A stretch of DNA of 64,000 nt from Felis catus (Eukaryota). The position numbers and the translations under genes were made by a program. The DNA lies in NCBI RefSeq assembly GCF_018350175.1, contig NC_058368.1, positions 190,466,001 through 190,530,000 of the forward strand, read 5' to 3'. Under the pieces are notes generated by a model. That model had not been told where the DNA came from. It did not search any database and saw nothing but the letters and a program-made list of their open reading frames with translations. Numbering within the stretch: the first letter of the stretch is position 1; every line of letters starts with the position of its first letter. Below are positions 32,721-46,839 of this stretch, piece after piece.

Positions 32721-34029
32721 TAAAGACAGGGCAGCTTTGCGCCAGAAGGTAATGTTGCTAATTAATCAGGACAGCTTTTGGCCTAAGTTACAAGTTTATG
32801 TGGGTCTAGTTCCCCCACATGATTTTGCTCAAAGAAATGATCAATAAAATTGTCCAAGAAGATCTGAGGAGACAAGATAATGACCTAAATGTCCCAATTA
32901 CTATGGATGAGGCCCATTAAAGTAATTAAAAATCAAGATATAATATTTGGTCTGTGGAAAGTGATAATGAGAAAACAGAAAAGATAAACGGAGAAAGAAT
33001 GTCTAGGGGTCAAGGTGGTGCTATTAATCTTTCAGAGACATCAGGGGGATAATGAGGAGATGATGCTAAGATTATAAAAGAAACATGGGAGATTGGTTAA
33101 ATGGAAACCTTTGTTGCAGAGTAAGGAACTTGGTAAAAAGGGAACTATCTGCCCTCTTGTACCTAAAAATAATGGGAGACCCTCCTCAGGGCACAGTTAC
33201 TCATTATCTTAGTAAGAATGTATTCAGCTGCAAGTAAGAGAATACTTAAAAGTAGTGACTTAAAGACTTTGAATTATTTCACATACCTAAAATCCAGATT
33301 TATGTTGAGATAGTAGAGTCTCTGTGACTTCTTTTGGCTCATTCTTCATGGTTGCAAGATGGCTGTCATTGCTCTAATGTGTCTCCTATGTGCCAAAGAG
33401 CCATTTTGGGTGCTGGGGTATAGTAATGAATTGGACAGACCTAGTCCCTCTTCCCAGATAGCTTACAGTCTTCAGAACCATTTCATCTGTGTTACGCATT
33501 TCATGATTCCAGATATTTGGATCGTCTTTAATGTATCCGAGAGGCAAAAAGATTGAAGAGTTTAAAAAGGATAAAAGTTTAGAAATTCTGCAGACACACC
33601 TTCTTGAAGCTGGGGAACTGTGCCTTTCATGTGAGTATCGGAAGTCAATAGAGGAATGAGGCAGAAACATTTCAGCCCTAGTAGGTGAAAGAAAATTATA
33701 GCAAAAATTCTTAGCTGCAGTGAAGCTTCATAAACATGGCAGAGAGTAGGTAGTTTGGTATAAGAGCAATGGTGCAGTAAGGGAAATAACCTCTTGTGTA
33801 TTTCTGTGCCGTTTCCCATTTTTGTTTCTAAGCATCTCCAAACCTATGGTACTCTGTTTCAGAAGAGGAGGATATCTCCATTTGATAGGGGAGAAAAATG
33901 CAAGAACAGAGAGACAAAGTCACTGCCTGCGTTCCCACAATAGTGGGAATCAAATGTCCTGATTCCTCCTCAATCCAATGGATAAGTAGCACCTAGCTTT
34001 GTGCTTGAACCTAATAACAGGGCTGGCAG

Positions 34030-34245
34030 TCATCACTAATATTATTTGAGCACTTTCTGTATGTCAGGCACTACCCTAAGCACTTTACATGCATTATTTA
34101 ATCTCTCTATGAGGGGGGTTGCCAGTTTTACCCTGTTGGACAGGTGAGGATATGAAAGTTCAGATTCATAAAGTAGCTAATCTGCAGTTGAGCTTGGATT
34201 CAAACTCTGAAGCAGCTTCAGAGCTCATGTACTCAACCCCTGTGC
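34030..34245 (-). mobile_element. MIR SINE
   Basis: atttgagcactttctgtatgtcaggcactaccctaagcactttacatgcattatttaatc. Confidence 0.75.
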
Positions 34246-35159
34246 TCTGGCCCTTCCAGGTATATAAAGTGCCTTAGTGATCTCTTCATGATGGTAATCC
34301 TGTGTAAGGTGGATGGGGTTGGACTGGGGGTCTTAGGGTTTCCCCTGATCACCTTAGTGAGGTTCAATGTCTTCCCTCTCTAAGTTTGTCTGACTAGACC
34401 AACCTGGAAATGGTTGGAACAGTGTGGAGGGCATGAAGCTCAAAGAGTCTCCCATTCTTGAAGGGACTCAGGTTTAGCTTTACTTTCAATGGGGCTATCT
34501 GTTCAGGCTCAAAGATTGACTAATCAGAATCTGGCACTTAAAATATTCTATGAATCTGGCTCCCTTCCCCTTTAAAAACATACCTGGATAAAAGAGAAAG
34601 CAAAGGGCCTGGGTCCTACTCTCCTGCAGAGCCTCTGGTCCTGCCTTCCTCTTCTCTGCCTGGCCCTCAGTCCTCATGATGCCTCTTATCTCCTCTCTCT
34701 ACCTTGTTTATCTCTGTTCCCTCCTCAGCTTCTTTCCTTCTCTTCCCTGGTCCCTCTGAGATGCGTCTTATCTTCCTTCAGCAGCTCCATCAACAAAGTC
34801 CTATCATTTTTTCCTCCTGCTTCAGGATGCCTGGAATCATTTTAATCTGTTCCTCTGAGCTTTGGTTTTCAATCTCCTCCCAAACTTAATCTCAGACCCT
34901 TCTTCACTTAGATGAAAAAAAAAGGCCAGAACGAGATTACATTACCTGACAAAACCTTCTGGCTCGGGGATCAAGATGATTAGAAAAGACAGCAGAATCT
35001 TTCTTACTTTACTACCATGCCTTTGGTATGTTGTGCTGAGAAAAGTTTTTTAATTAACCAAAGTCTCACCATCAATTAATGCTACAACCTCCACGACCAG
35101 CCCCCTGCTTTTTTTTTTTTTTTTTTTTAATTTAAACTATTGTTGAAAATTTTGTAACA

Positions 35160-35400
35160 TGTTGGTGTATGGAAAGAACCCAGCTCTCTGGGTCAAACTG
35201 GCCTAGAACCTGAAGCTGTTCTTGCCCACCTGGGTGGCCCAGGACAAGTTGCTTTGGCTTCTCTTAGTCTCAGCTTTATCATTTATAAACATGGAATAGT
35301 AACAGGACCCTCATAAGTAAGCATTCAATGTAGCAATGCCAGTAAAGCAGTTGGCACAGTGCTTGGCACAGCGTAGGTGCTCTAAGACTAGCAGGCACTG
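35160..35400 (+). mobile_element. MIR SINE
   Basis: gtctcagctttatcatttataaacatggaatagtaac...cagtgcttggcacagcgtaggtgctc. Confidence 0.75.
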
Positions 35401-37574
35401 TTGTTAGTGCACTCTGCAGCCCCGGCAAGTTTAGAGTTACCTGTCTATGTTAGTTGAGAGTTGCTGGCAGGACCTGCAGAGTCTCCCAGGAAGGTACCTA
35501 CAGCGTACTTGGAGAACAGGCATGTCAAACCTGTGGGCTTCTGGTCTATCGCAGAAGCTGCACATATGTCCCCTGATCTGGGGTTCTCATACTTTAGACA
35601 CCCTAAGACACATCTGAGAACATGTTAAAATGCATATACCTGGGTTCAACCCCCAGAGATGCAGATTCAGTGACTTGCAATTGGACGCTACTACCTGATT
35701 TTTTATGACTGTGGTAGAGTTCTGAAGCAGTTCTGAAGCAGGGAGCAGTGGACCCTCTGAGAGTGTGGTTCAGAGGCTCACATTCAAACAGTTCTCATGG
35801 CAGCTAGCCTGATTGTTAATCACTCTGTCCTGCCACTTTCCTCGATTCTGATCCTGCTTTACCTTTGTCTTTGGACCCTGGTCTCAGCTCCAGTTTTGCT
35901 CTGATTTTGTTCTTTCTTGGTTCACCGTGGTCAACCCCAGGGCATTCTTACCCTCTGGTTCTTAGCCTCAGCTTCCCCCACCTGCCAGAGGTCTGGCTCT
36001 GGCTGAATCCTGCATTACATGCTAAATTGTTCCCAAGTGATGCCATCACTCACTCCTACAGCTTCTGTGAGCCAGTTACGGTTATCATTCGCCATCCTCC
36101 CTTGCCTTTCATTCATGCCTTTGGTACCAGACACCCCTTTGGACTTCCAATGTGATGAAGAATCTAGGAAGATGGCAAGGGCACCATTTTGAATTTGAAT
36201 TATTATTTTAAAACACTGGGAATGTGGAGAGTGGACCATGTACTGAATTTTTATTGCCCTTAAAATATATGCTGGGCTATTTTTTATTTCAATTTTAAAT
36301 CCATCTCATATATCTTGGTTCACGTGGGGGTTTTCCACCCCTGCGAAATGATGAAGAATATAAGAAGTATGCTCTGAAAAAAAAATGCTCTGGTTTCTAT
36401 CTGGATTTCTTCTCCTTTCTGAATTGTGGCTATATTAGATAGATAAATAGATAATTTTTAAAACTATGGATATATAAGAAAAAACATGAAATTCACCATT
36501 TTAACCACTCTCAGTGTACAACTCAGTGGTATTAATTACATTTACAATGTTGTGTAACCATCACCATGATCTATTTCCAAAATTTTTTCATCATCCCAAA
36601 CAAAAACTCCATAATTATTAAGCAATAACTCTCTATTCGCCCTTCCCTCAGCCCCTGGTAACTACCATTCTACTTTCTGTCTCTATGAATTTGCCTCTTC
36701 TAGATATTTCATGTAAGTGGAATTAAATCCTATTTGTCCATTTATGTATGGCTTATTTCACATGGCATAATGTTTCCAAGGTTTGTCTGCGTCGTAGCAT
36801 GTATCAGAACCCCATTACTTTTTTAAGGATGAATAACATCCCCATTGTATGCATATACCACATTTTGTTTATCCATTTATCCGTTGATGGACAACTGGGT
36901 TGTTTCCATGTTTTGGTTGTTGTGAATAATGCTGCAGCAAACATTGGCATACAAGTATTTGTTCAAGTCTCTGCTTTTGAATTTTGTGGCATATATGCCC
37001 AAGAGTGGAATTACTGGGTCATATGGTAATGCTACATATTTAGTTTTTTGAAGGGCCACCACGCTGTTTTCCACAGTGGCTACCTTTTAAAATTCCCACT
37101 AGCAGTGTATGAGGGTTACAATTTTTCTGTATCCTCACCAACACTTGTTATTCACCTGTTTAAAAAAACCTTATAGCCATCCTAGTAGGTATGAAGTGGA
37201 ATCTCCTGGTTTTGATTTATACTTCACTAATGACTAATAGCGTAGAACATCTTTTCATGTGCTTATTTGGTCATTTGTATATATTCTGTGAACATATGTC
37301 TATTCAAGCCCTTTGCTCATTTTTAAATTGGGTTGTTTGTCTTTTTGTTGTGAGTTGTGGGAGTTCTTTATATATTCTGGATATCGATTTCTTATCAGGT
37401 ATATGATAGGAAAATATCTCCCATTCTATAGGTTGTCTTTTGATTTCTTGATAATGTCCTTTGCACAAAAGTTTTTAATTTTAATGTATTTTTCCTTTTG
37501 TTGCTTATTACCTTAGTGTCCTATCTAAGAATCTATTTCTAAATACAAAGTCGTGAAAATATACCTCTATGTTT

Positions 37575-37802
37575 TCTTCTTCTATTTTTTTAACGTTTAT
37601 TTTTTTATTATTGAGAGACAGAGAGAGACAGAGCATGAACATGGGAGGGGCAGAGAGAGGAGGAGACACAGAATCTGAAGGAGGCTCCAGGCTCTGAGCT
37701 GTTAGCACAGAGCCCGACGCAGGGCTCCAACTCACAAACACAGTGAGATCATGACCTGAGCTGAAGTCAGACGCTTAACCGACTGAGCCACCCAGGTGCC
37801 CC
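37575..37802 (-). mobile_element. CAN-SINE nested in L1
   Basis: TSD acctctatgtttt at 37563 and 37803. Confidence 0.94.
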
Positions 37803-37858
37803 ACCTCTATGTTTTTTTCTAAGAGTGTTTTGGTTTAGTCTTATAGGTCATTGATTCA

Positions 37859-38084
37859 TTTTTTTCATGTTTATTTATTTATTTTGAGACAGAGGGAAAG
37901 AGAGAGAGAGAGCATGAGCAGGGTGAAGGAAGGGCAAAGAGAGAGGGAGAGAGAGCATCCCAAGCAGGCTCCACACTGTCAGCACAGATCTTGATGTGGG
38001 GCTCAATCTCAGGAACCACGATACCATTACCTGAACTGAAATCAAGTGTCGGATGCTTAACCGACTGAGCCACCCAGGCACCCC
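37859..38084 (-). mobile_element. CAN-SINE nested in L1
   Basis: TSD gtcattg(a/g)ttcatttt at 37847 and 38087. Confidence 0.93.
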
Positions 38085-38698
38085 AAGTCATTGGTTCATT
38101 TTGACTTGTTTATGATGTGAGGTAGGGAGTCCAACTTTATTCTTTTTGAATGTGAAAATCCAGTTTTGCTGGCACCATTTATTGAAGAGATGCTCCTTTT
38201 CTCCATTGAATGGACCTGAAACTCAAGCTTAACTTTATTTCTTTGAAAATACGAAGCATGCTTGTCTGAAAATTCCACTCTTTTGGGTCTTTTGGGCTGT
38301 GTTTCTGTTGTCCTTTGTCTCTGCATGTTCTTGCTCATGGTGTCTTAATTTCTTGTGTTCCTGGCTACCTTGATTGTATACAGGTTATTGCATTTGAAAA
38401 TTATTTGCAGGAATAATTTGAGTCCCAGCATAATGTGATTTACTCCAGAAAGAACTTGCATTTGCTTCTGCCAGGTGCTTTTGTGTGTCATCAGTCTCGG
38501 ACCACCAAAACTCTAGTTTACTGCTCACTGTTCCATGGTTTACTTAGATGACTTGAAGCCAGGTTGCAAGTTCATGAGAGACCAGAGTTACTACTGGTTC
38601 ACCTTTAACCTGAGGGGACAGCCCTTTTTGACCTAGCTAATGCTAAGTAGTGGTTCATCAAAGTCCCTAACTTTGTGAGTTCCAAACTTTGACACTTT

Positions 38699-38917
38699 AA
38701 AAAAGATTTTTTTAAGTTTATTTATTTATTTTGAGAGACACAGAGAGAGTGTAAATGGGGGAGGGGCATAGAGAGAGGGAAGGAGAGGATCACAAGCAGG
38801 CTTTGTGCTAGCAGCACAAAGCCTGATGTGGGGCTTGAACTCATGAAACTGGGAGGTCATGACCTGAGCCGAAATCAAGAGTCAGTTACTTAACTGACTG
38901 AGCCACCCAGATGCCCC
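38699..38917 (-). mobile_element. CAN-SINE (SINEC)
   Basis: Antisense body with TSD aaac(t/c)ttgacacttt. Confidence 0.93.
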
Positions 38918-39869
38918 TAAACCTTGACACTTTTCATCTAACTTCATGAGGTAGCCAAAACCACCATTCAACTTTGCAGATATTCCTTCCAGATTAGAAA
39001 ACACTTTCAAAACAAAGGCAACTTTGAGTTCTAGACTTACCTTTCTGATTTAGCATTTTCTTTGGGTTGAATCCTAGTGATTTGTCATTATTTTGTTGGC
39101 TTTTTGACATATTAAAGAACACTGAAAAATATTTTGTTGAGGCTTCTGTGTCTTCAATGGTTAGTCTAAATTACCTAATCAACTTGGTCAGTACCAATTG
39201 TTCTTGAAAATGTCTATTTTCCCAATAGCCTTGCCAATGCTAATCATTATCAAATTATTAATAAAACCATTTTCTTTGAAACAAAGATGGATACAACAAA
39301 AAAATATTTAGTTCCATGATACAGTTAGTGTCTTGTAAGTGTCAATAAGATTAGTGTCTACTTAATAGCCTGCATTGAATTGTTTCCAATCCCAAAAGTA
39401 TACTTCCTGGTATGTACATTTAACCTGGAGGAGAACAGACCAAGGGAGATTTGATGTCCGTGAACAAATGGTTGAGGAACTGCCACTGGAAAGAGGAAGT
39501 AGTCTTGTTCTATGTTACTCCAGAAGGCAAATTTAGGACTGGGAATTTTAAATTCTAAAAATCAGTTTCTAAGCAAAGGAACGCTTTGCCAGAATAATTT
39601 AGAATATTGCGGTGAGTAGGATTTTGGTTACCTAGCATTCATTTGTTCTGCCTTTCATTTTGGACTGGTTTCTTTGATACTTCTCTTCTGCCCTTTAATT
39701 ATTTGTAGTTCCCTTGCACCTGACTCATCCCCTATCCAACCATGGCATGTAAACTGAGCCTGGAGAATCAGAGCACTACATCGCCCTACTCCCCACAATA
39801 ACGAGTCGGTCAGGGATGTGCACAAGGCCCAAGTGATGCCAACTGGAGCCAAAAAGACCCGATTCTAAG

Positions 39870-40192
39870 ACTTTTGTTTCCGTTATGCAGGATGTTGATC
39901 TTTTCCTGCTACGAGAGAATAGGTGGCCACTGTTGTGCCACCACAAAGGGAGACTATTCAAGAGAGAGTGGAACCCAGATAGGGGAATAAAAAACAAACC
40001 CTGGTGATATTGGTTGAGTCCTGATCATGCCAAGACTAAAAGTATAAAGCTAAAAGTAAAAGCTAAAAGTTTAGCATGAACTTAAAAGACTGTTCATGCT
40101 GTGTGATGAGAGGAAATAAATTGCCATTTTGCTTAAGCTAGCTTGATTTGGGCTTTCTGCTCTTGAAATGTTAAGAGTTTTAACTCAAATAG
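39870..40192 (+). mobile_element. Old MaLR LTR remnant (MLT1J/K-like)
   Basis: aataaattgccattttgcttaagctagcttgatttgggctttctgctcttg, a typical LTR 3' end. Confidence 0.55.
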
Positions 40193-41498
40193 GTAGTAAA
40201 CTCCTCATTAACAGTAGTGTTTATGCAGAAGAGGATGACCAGCCTTTGGAGTAGTTTTGGAGGGGACACCAGAATATCTGGAAAGTTGGCTTTGAGGACT
40301 TCCAACTTGAAGTTCTTGGTTTCTCCAAAAGTCTCCTTTACTTGGAGTTTGTTCTGCCCAGGAGACCTGGTAAGTTCAAAGAGAATCCAAAAACACTGTG
40401 TTGGCCATCCCTCAGGGCCAAGCAATACAGAAGTTAATACATGTCCAGGCCTGGGATGCATATTTAATGGACAAATCCATAATGTTGAATCCCAGAATGA
40501 ATGATTTAGAGTTGGATTATTCACTTTGCACTAAATTAAGTTGTCTTATTTAGCCAAAACAAGACTTCCTGACAGGATTTTCGTCATAACCTTGGCTGAG
40601 TAATGAGTTTCTTTGCCAGGATGAATTATTGATTAGACCTTTGTATCATCTGCCTGGCAGATGAAGGAAAACTATTTAATTTTAAAGATGTTCGTATTCA
40701 GATGTATATGCAGAAAAGAAGTTTTGAGCACTGTACTTTAATGCTTCATCACTTAATCTTCTCAGGATTATTTATGGAACAGGATCTGAGTTATATGACA
40801 GTGTTGGGTTATTTTTAGGCCCAAATAACTAATACTCCCCATCTGTGGATGTAAATGTTTTCTCTCCTTTTGTTGTTATAATTCTATGTGTTTAGATCCA
40901 GATGTTTAATTTATTTTAAGAAATGGGGAAATTTCTTTCCAAGCCAACTGAAACACCAAGTTCTTAATGATGATGACTTACGTTTTTATGATGTGTTGAA
41001 TTTTGTCAAATGTTTTCACCTCAACTTCGTCAATGTATTATAGTTAATTAGGACTTAGAATGCACCATGCACATTGCTAGGAGCATTACATGGATTATAT
41101 TATTTAATTTTCACAAAACCTTACAAACTAGCTGCTATTATCATCTCCATTTTATAGATAAAGAAATTGAAATGTTGGCAGGTCACAAGCTCGCCCAGAG
41201 TTAGACAGAGTCAGAGTGTTAACCCAGATGTTCTGACCCTGGAGCTTAAGCTTTTACACCATATCCTAAGCAATATATCGCATGGCTACTGAAAATTTAA
41301 TATCACTATCTGCATGGGATGCCACATCTTTTCAGCACCACATGGCAAAGGACTTCGCTACTTTATGGTTTATCTCCATCCCCTTTCATTCTTGGAGCAT
41401 CCCCTCTTTTTTATCTTTTGCTTCAACCTTCCTGCTTCAAGGGCACTCCCCTCTCTCTGTTCTCCGAGTTTGTCCAGGAGTATAAGATCCTGAAAACA

Positions 41499-41696
41499 GG
41501 GGCACCTGAGTGGTTCAGTCAGTTAAGCATCCCACTTGGGCTCAGATCATGATCTTGCAGTTCATGAGTTCGAGCCCTGCATGTCTGCTGTCAGCATGGA
41601 ACCCGCTTCAGATCCTCTGTTTCCCTCTCTCTAGGTCCCTCCCTGGCTCACTCACTCTGTCTCTTTCACAATAAATAAACTTAAAAAAAAAAAAAA
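41499..41696 (+). mobile_element. CAN-SINE (SINEC)
   Basis: TSD aagatcctg(g)aaaaca and a polyA tail. Confidence 0.93.
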
Positions 41697-44600
41697 GATC
41701 CTGGAAAACAAAAGCCAAGAGTGTTCTGAGAGCAACTGCTGTTCTGAACTTTGTAATACAAACCTCCCCAGAAGTACAGGAGCACAAAGGTCCCACTACC
41801 TGGTCTGGGTAGCTTGGTGAGACAAATAGGAAGAACAAAACATAAACCCTATCTCAATAAATCATCCTGTCACGGCATGTGCCTTTTCACTTCCTTCTTG
41901 AAAAAGAGAACCAGCAACACAGCCACAATGAGTCTTGCTCTTCCACGTCCAAAATACAGATTTCAAGTCCAGCTGCTGCTCTTGAAAAGCTACATGAACC
42001 TACTAAAGAGATTTGGAGCAATGTCTTGGGAGGAACTGGGAATTCTTAATTAGAGAACAGTAGCTGGAAGGCTACCCTGAAGAAGAGGGGTTATGGAGCA
42101 TTATGAGGAAAAATAGTCTGAGTAGGCAGAGTGACAAGATGTCAGATCTATGACGCATAAGCTGAGGGAAACTTCTAGAAGAAAGCAGGTGGAATGGTAT
42201 GGGCTGCCTTAGAGGTCATTAGTTTTCCTTAAAATAGGGATATTAAAACAGAGACTGAAAGATGTGTTTGTCATTGTGTTGTAAAGGGGATATTTAAATA
42301 TAATTTGGGGTGCTTGATCTTTAAGGAGACCTTTTACCCTGGTTTTTCTGTGTAAGGGTAATCAGCTGTGCTTATGTGGGTTGTGCTAAATTGATCTTAG
42401 TTATCCCAACATAGCAAATACCAAAGAAGCTAAACTATTCATCTTCATAAACTCTGTCTCTCTCTCTCTCTCTCCCTGTATATACGTTATCCTTGTCCTG
42501 AGAGAAGCTTAGACTTCTACATATCTGTGTCTTTGAGTGACTAAGAGGAACCCCCTAGAAAAGAGTCTTGGAAATGCAGACCAGGCTGGCCTCAAGGTAA
42601 ATCTGAGTTCTGGCAGACTGATAAGCTGCTAAGCACAACCAAGAAAGCCTGAAAGATCACAACAGGCTCTGGCAAGAGGGCCTTGTCTAATCTAGGGGTC
42701 AATGAAGGGGAGAAATTGGAGGACATTTCTTTCTTTCTGTGATCTGAAGACTTCACAGCAGACACTTCTTGTCATGGATAGAACTATAGACTGTCACTGC
42801 CCAGGAGGGGGCTGAGAAGATGGTCTACTTCTAAAGTCTTCATGTCCCAGGTAGTGAAAAGGAGAGGCAGAAAGGGCAGTGAACTTGCATGAGATCAAAA
42901 CAAAATTAGCAATTCAACCTAGAACAGAACCTTCACTGAAGTCTTATTATACCTTCTACTCCTTGGCACAGAGTAAACTAGGGAGGCCATGCTTCCCTGC
43001 AGGAGTATCTTCCCAAGGTCATCAGTGTCATGCCAAAATTTGAGAAAATAATAAGTTTTGAATAGTTTGCAAGTCTAGGCTGAAAAGGGAGGGATTTTTT
43101 TTTCCTCTGCTGCTTTGTATTCAATGCAGCCAGTATTTCTCATTACCTACTTAACACTAGTGCTACTCAATTGTGCATATGAATAACCTGGGGATCTGGT
43201 TAAATTGCAGATTCTGAAGCTCTGGGGTAGGGCCCATGATTCAGCATTTTTTAACAAGCTCTCAAGGGCTGCTATGGCTTTTCCTTGGCTTGCTGACATG
43301 GTGGGGCTGCAAGCAGAGCCCAGCCTCAGCCTTCAGACACTCCTAGGACTGGAGGCACCCCCTTTTGCCTCTCAATGATCTGCACCTGGTGGGCTCACCT
43401 GAGGGCCTCACAGATCTCCTGTGAACTCAATATAAGGGAAAATGGCGCAGGGTAGGCGTTTCCAGACTGATTCCCATTCTGTGTAGGGAAAGCTGCTGAG
43501 GCCAGAGTTTGGTAACGAATCCTGTTTTGGTGGAAATTCCAGAGGCTCTTCCAAAGGTAATACGGCAGCAGGCACCACTGCAATTGGTTCCTACAGCATT
43601 TGATTCTGAAATCTCCCAGAACGGTGGCTTGATGTTTGTTGAATGGAATTAGGGTAAATTCTCAAGAGGCTCTGGGGACTTTCTCACTGCTTTATAAAAT
43701 CAAATTGAGTACATCAGAACTTCGCACTATTAATAGTTCCCTTTCCTCTCTCTGCCCCCTTCCACCCTACCAAGAAAACCTGTTTGAAGCTTACAAAAGT
43801 TCATTCTGAGAATTTCATTATCATTGTGCCATTCATAATTCATTATTTAACCTCCGTGGATGGCAGGAAGTGCAATTTTGAACAGTCCTGCTGGAAGAAA
43901 ATCACAGGGTTAATCATCTCTGCTCTTTGTGAGTAATTGGAAAAATGGTATCCTGGTAACAAGACATTAACAGAAAACTTGTTTTTACCAATTTCCATAG
44001 GATAGAAGAAGTCAAGTGGCGAATAGAGTCCTTTCATTGTAAATTCGTTTTCTCCTGACTCACCCACTCCTGGGACAAACCTATGGGTAATATATTCTGA
44101 GATTGATTGCTTGTAACTTAAAAACAGTGTTGGACCCGCGTGGTAGAGGGAGAGCCCCTCCCTAAGGAATGTGGTGGAGGCCTCCTCAGAACAAAGGAAG
44201 GCAGGGTGGCCCCATCAACTCCTATACACCAATACCTAGCTCTGACATGACCCTGTAACTTGGACTGTGTCCAATCAGACTCTGTGTCACTATATATAGG
44301 TGACAAAGAAGTAGAAATTGCATTAAAGGCTACACCCTGCCGCACCTAGGTGCCCCAAGTTTTGAATTTTTAAGTGTCAAATGGTGCTTAGCTGCATGAA
44401 GGATCCATAATTTATTGACCAGTCACATATTGACGGGCACGTAGGATGTTTTTTCACTATTGTTAACTTGCTGTTTTACTATGTAGGGAGTGGAACAGAG
44501 GGAAGAAATTTCCTGCTTTCCTGAAGCCAGAAGAGTGAGTGAAACAGGCCTGAATGTTAAGGTCTACTTTAGTCTTTTTCCTGAGAGGAGGACTTTTCTC

Positions 44601-46304
44601 CCAGATTGGGGGCCATGACAATGGGGGATAATTTAAGAAGGCTATTACCAAGGCAGAGGAACAATTTACTCTTGTTCAAGTTCTCTGAGATGCGCGGAAA
44701 GGAAGCGGCAGAATACAAATGTCTCTTGGGGTCAGGGTGAGCCGGAGCCTTGTTCCAGCGGCAGCATTTACGAGCTAACAATACTCCAACCTCAGGAGAG
44801 ACGCCATGGGCTACTGGATTAACCCAGAAACTGGCCAGACCCTGTGGCTAAGGAACCTGAGTACGCGGGAGAAAGAATTTACCAAGTTGGGGAGGCATAT
44901 GTGAAGCCATTTGCAGTCCTAGCTGGCTGAGCAGAGCTGCTCCTAAGCTCCATTTGTACTTTTAGGTTTGTTTTTGCAGTATGCTGGATATGTTTAGCTG
45001 TATAGACGAATTTGCGATTTCAATACCTCATATATAGGTCAAGGGGTCTGGCACCTGGCAGGAACTCAATGAATATTAGCTGGTTCTGATTCTTTGGTTC
45101 TTGCCGCCCATTTGTGCCCTTGTGTCCCGCTGTTCCAAACAGCTCTGTTCCAAAGGCCATTCATGGAAGCCAGCATGTTCCAAACCGAGCATGTTGTTGT
45201 CTTGCTTCTCTTTCCAGGGCTTCCTGGTATCCATCATCTCCCATCCCTACTGCCTTGTCCAGTTTAGGCCCTCATTATGCTCTGTCTGCATGGTCACAAT
45301 AGCCTCCTAACTGGTTTCTCTGCCTATGGTGTTCTTCTGCTGTCAGTTCATCAAGGACCAGTGCTTCCAGGGAGTTTTGTAAATCAACTCCAATCAAGAC
45401 CTTCCCGTTCTTCAAAATCTTCAGGTCACTGTGCCCAGAGGATTCCATTGTCATTCCTTGGCTGGGCATTTAGTGGGTTCTGTGGGCTGTACATCCCCTC
45501 CCCCTCGCCCCCCACCTCCCTTTCCACATGTAGCTCCTGCCATTTCCCATGAGTGCCCTCTGTTTTGCCAAAATAGAGGCTGGAATCCAGATCCTCATCA
45601 CTGCCTTTCTAGTTTAAGTCACTATTTTTTGCCCTTTAAGACAATTTCAAACACAAGCTCCACATCACTAAGAAAACAGAATAGAAAGCATGGGGGTTGG
45701 CATTTTCTGGGGTAACCGCATTTCCTGTATCATTAAAATTTTTTTTCCTTGACCCACCCTGAAATCACAAATAACTCTCCTGGATTTTGTTAAAACTATT
45801 TCCAAATGTTTGTTTCTACTCTTAGTAATTGCTAAGATGAAGAAGAGAAAGTGTAATTAGGGTAACATTCTGAAATTCACTAGTCACTGAAGACTATAGG
45901 CTAAAGAAAAAAAGTTGAGCCAATTAAGTTCAAAGTGACCTGACCACCTTGAAAGTTTCTTTTTAGATCAGTTACTCAGGGTGGTAACTTTTTTTCCCCC
46001 AGTTTGGCTCCCTTTCTGATTAAAAGAGTCACTTTTACGACTTGGTGCCTACAAGGCACAGGAATCCCTGAGTGTGTACAGCCAGCACCCACGTTTGTGG
46101 AAGAGTTAGAAGGAGAGAATTTCTGAGCTAATACTTTAAAACAAAAAGAAAAGACACAACTGCATTCATGCTTGAACACTAAAGGTCAATTGTTGCAAAA
46201 CCAAAACCCCACAAAAGACAGGAGGTGCTCACAAACATGCAATCCACCCCCAGAAATGCCCTCCCATGGACACTTTTTATTATTTGTTGTGCTTCTGTGA
46301 TTTT

Positions 46305-46710
46305 TGTCAAGGTGAACCGGAGCTGAACAGCGGTGAAAGTGGTAAAAACAGATTTACTCAGGAAGTATTGCAATAGGGGAATAGAGACCTCAATACAGAA
46401 CTGGGCTCAATTCCAAATATAACATGAACAAGAAGGGATTTAGAACCAAGGAGCAGGCTGGGGGTCAGTGGATGGGAAATTGCTAATGGGGAGTTTCTAG
46501 TGGAGCCAACATCCCAGGAGTCTTGCTGAAGGTGGGCCAGAGTGATGGGGTATCCTGGGGATGGGGAGGGATGAGGAATTTGGTCAGATTATCAATTCCC
46601 TTCTGACAGTAGGGGATTCTTGCATTCAAAAACAAGGCCCAACAAGGAAGCCTCATCAAAACTTGTTTTGAGAAGGCTGATGTTTGGTTAAGGAGAGAAT
46701 CTCTGTTAGC
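46305..46710. mobile_element. ERV solo LTR (MER76-like)
   Basis: aactgggctcaattccaaatataaca...gggatttagaaccaaggagcaggctgggggtcagtggatgggaaattgctaa resembles a recalled ERVL LTR consensus. Confidence 0.55.
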
Positions 46711-46796
46711 TTCTTGTCGTTTTCATCTGCAGCATTTCTGATGACCTCTCTTCCAAAATGTCTCTGCCCTTAAGATTTTTTAAACAATCATCCCAC

Positions 46797-46798
<2 letters not shown>

Positions 46799-46837
<39 letters not shown>
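46799..46837. repeat. (TG)~19 microsatellite
   Basis: Perfect dinucleotide run. Confidence 0.97.

Positions 46838-46839
<2 letters not shown>

Larger units (their letters stand above)
36455..38220 (-). mobile_element. LINE-1 (L1MB-like) 3' UTR and ORF2 end, interrupted by two SINEs
   Basis: Classic antisense L1 text. The minus-strand ORF 36877-37074 (LPYDPVIPLLGIY) is the L1 ORF2 C-terminal motif. Confidence 0.92.
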
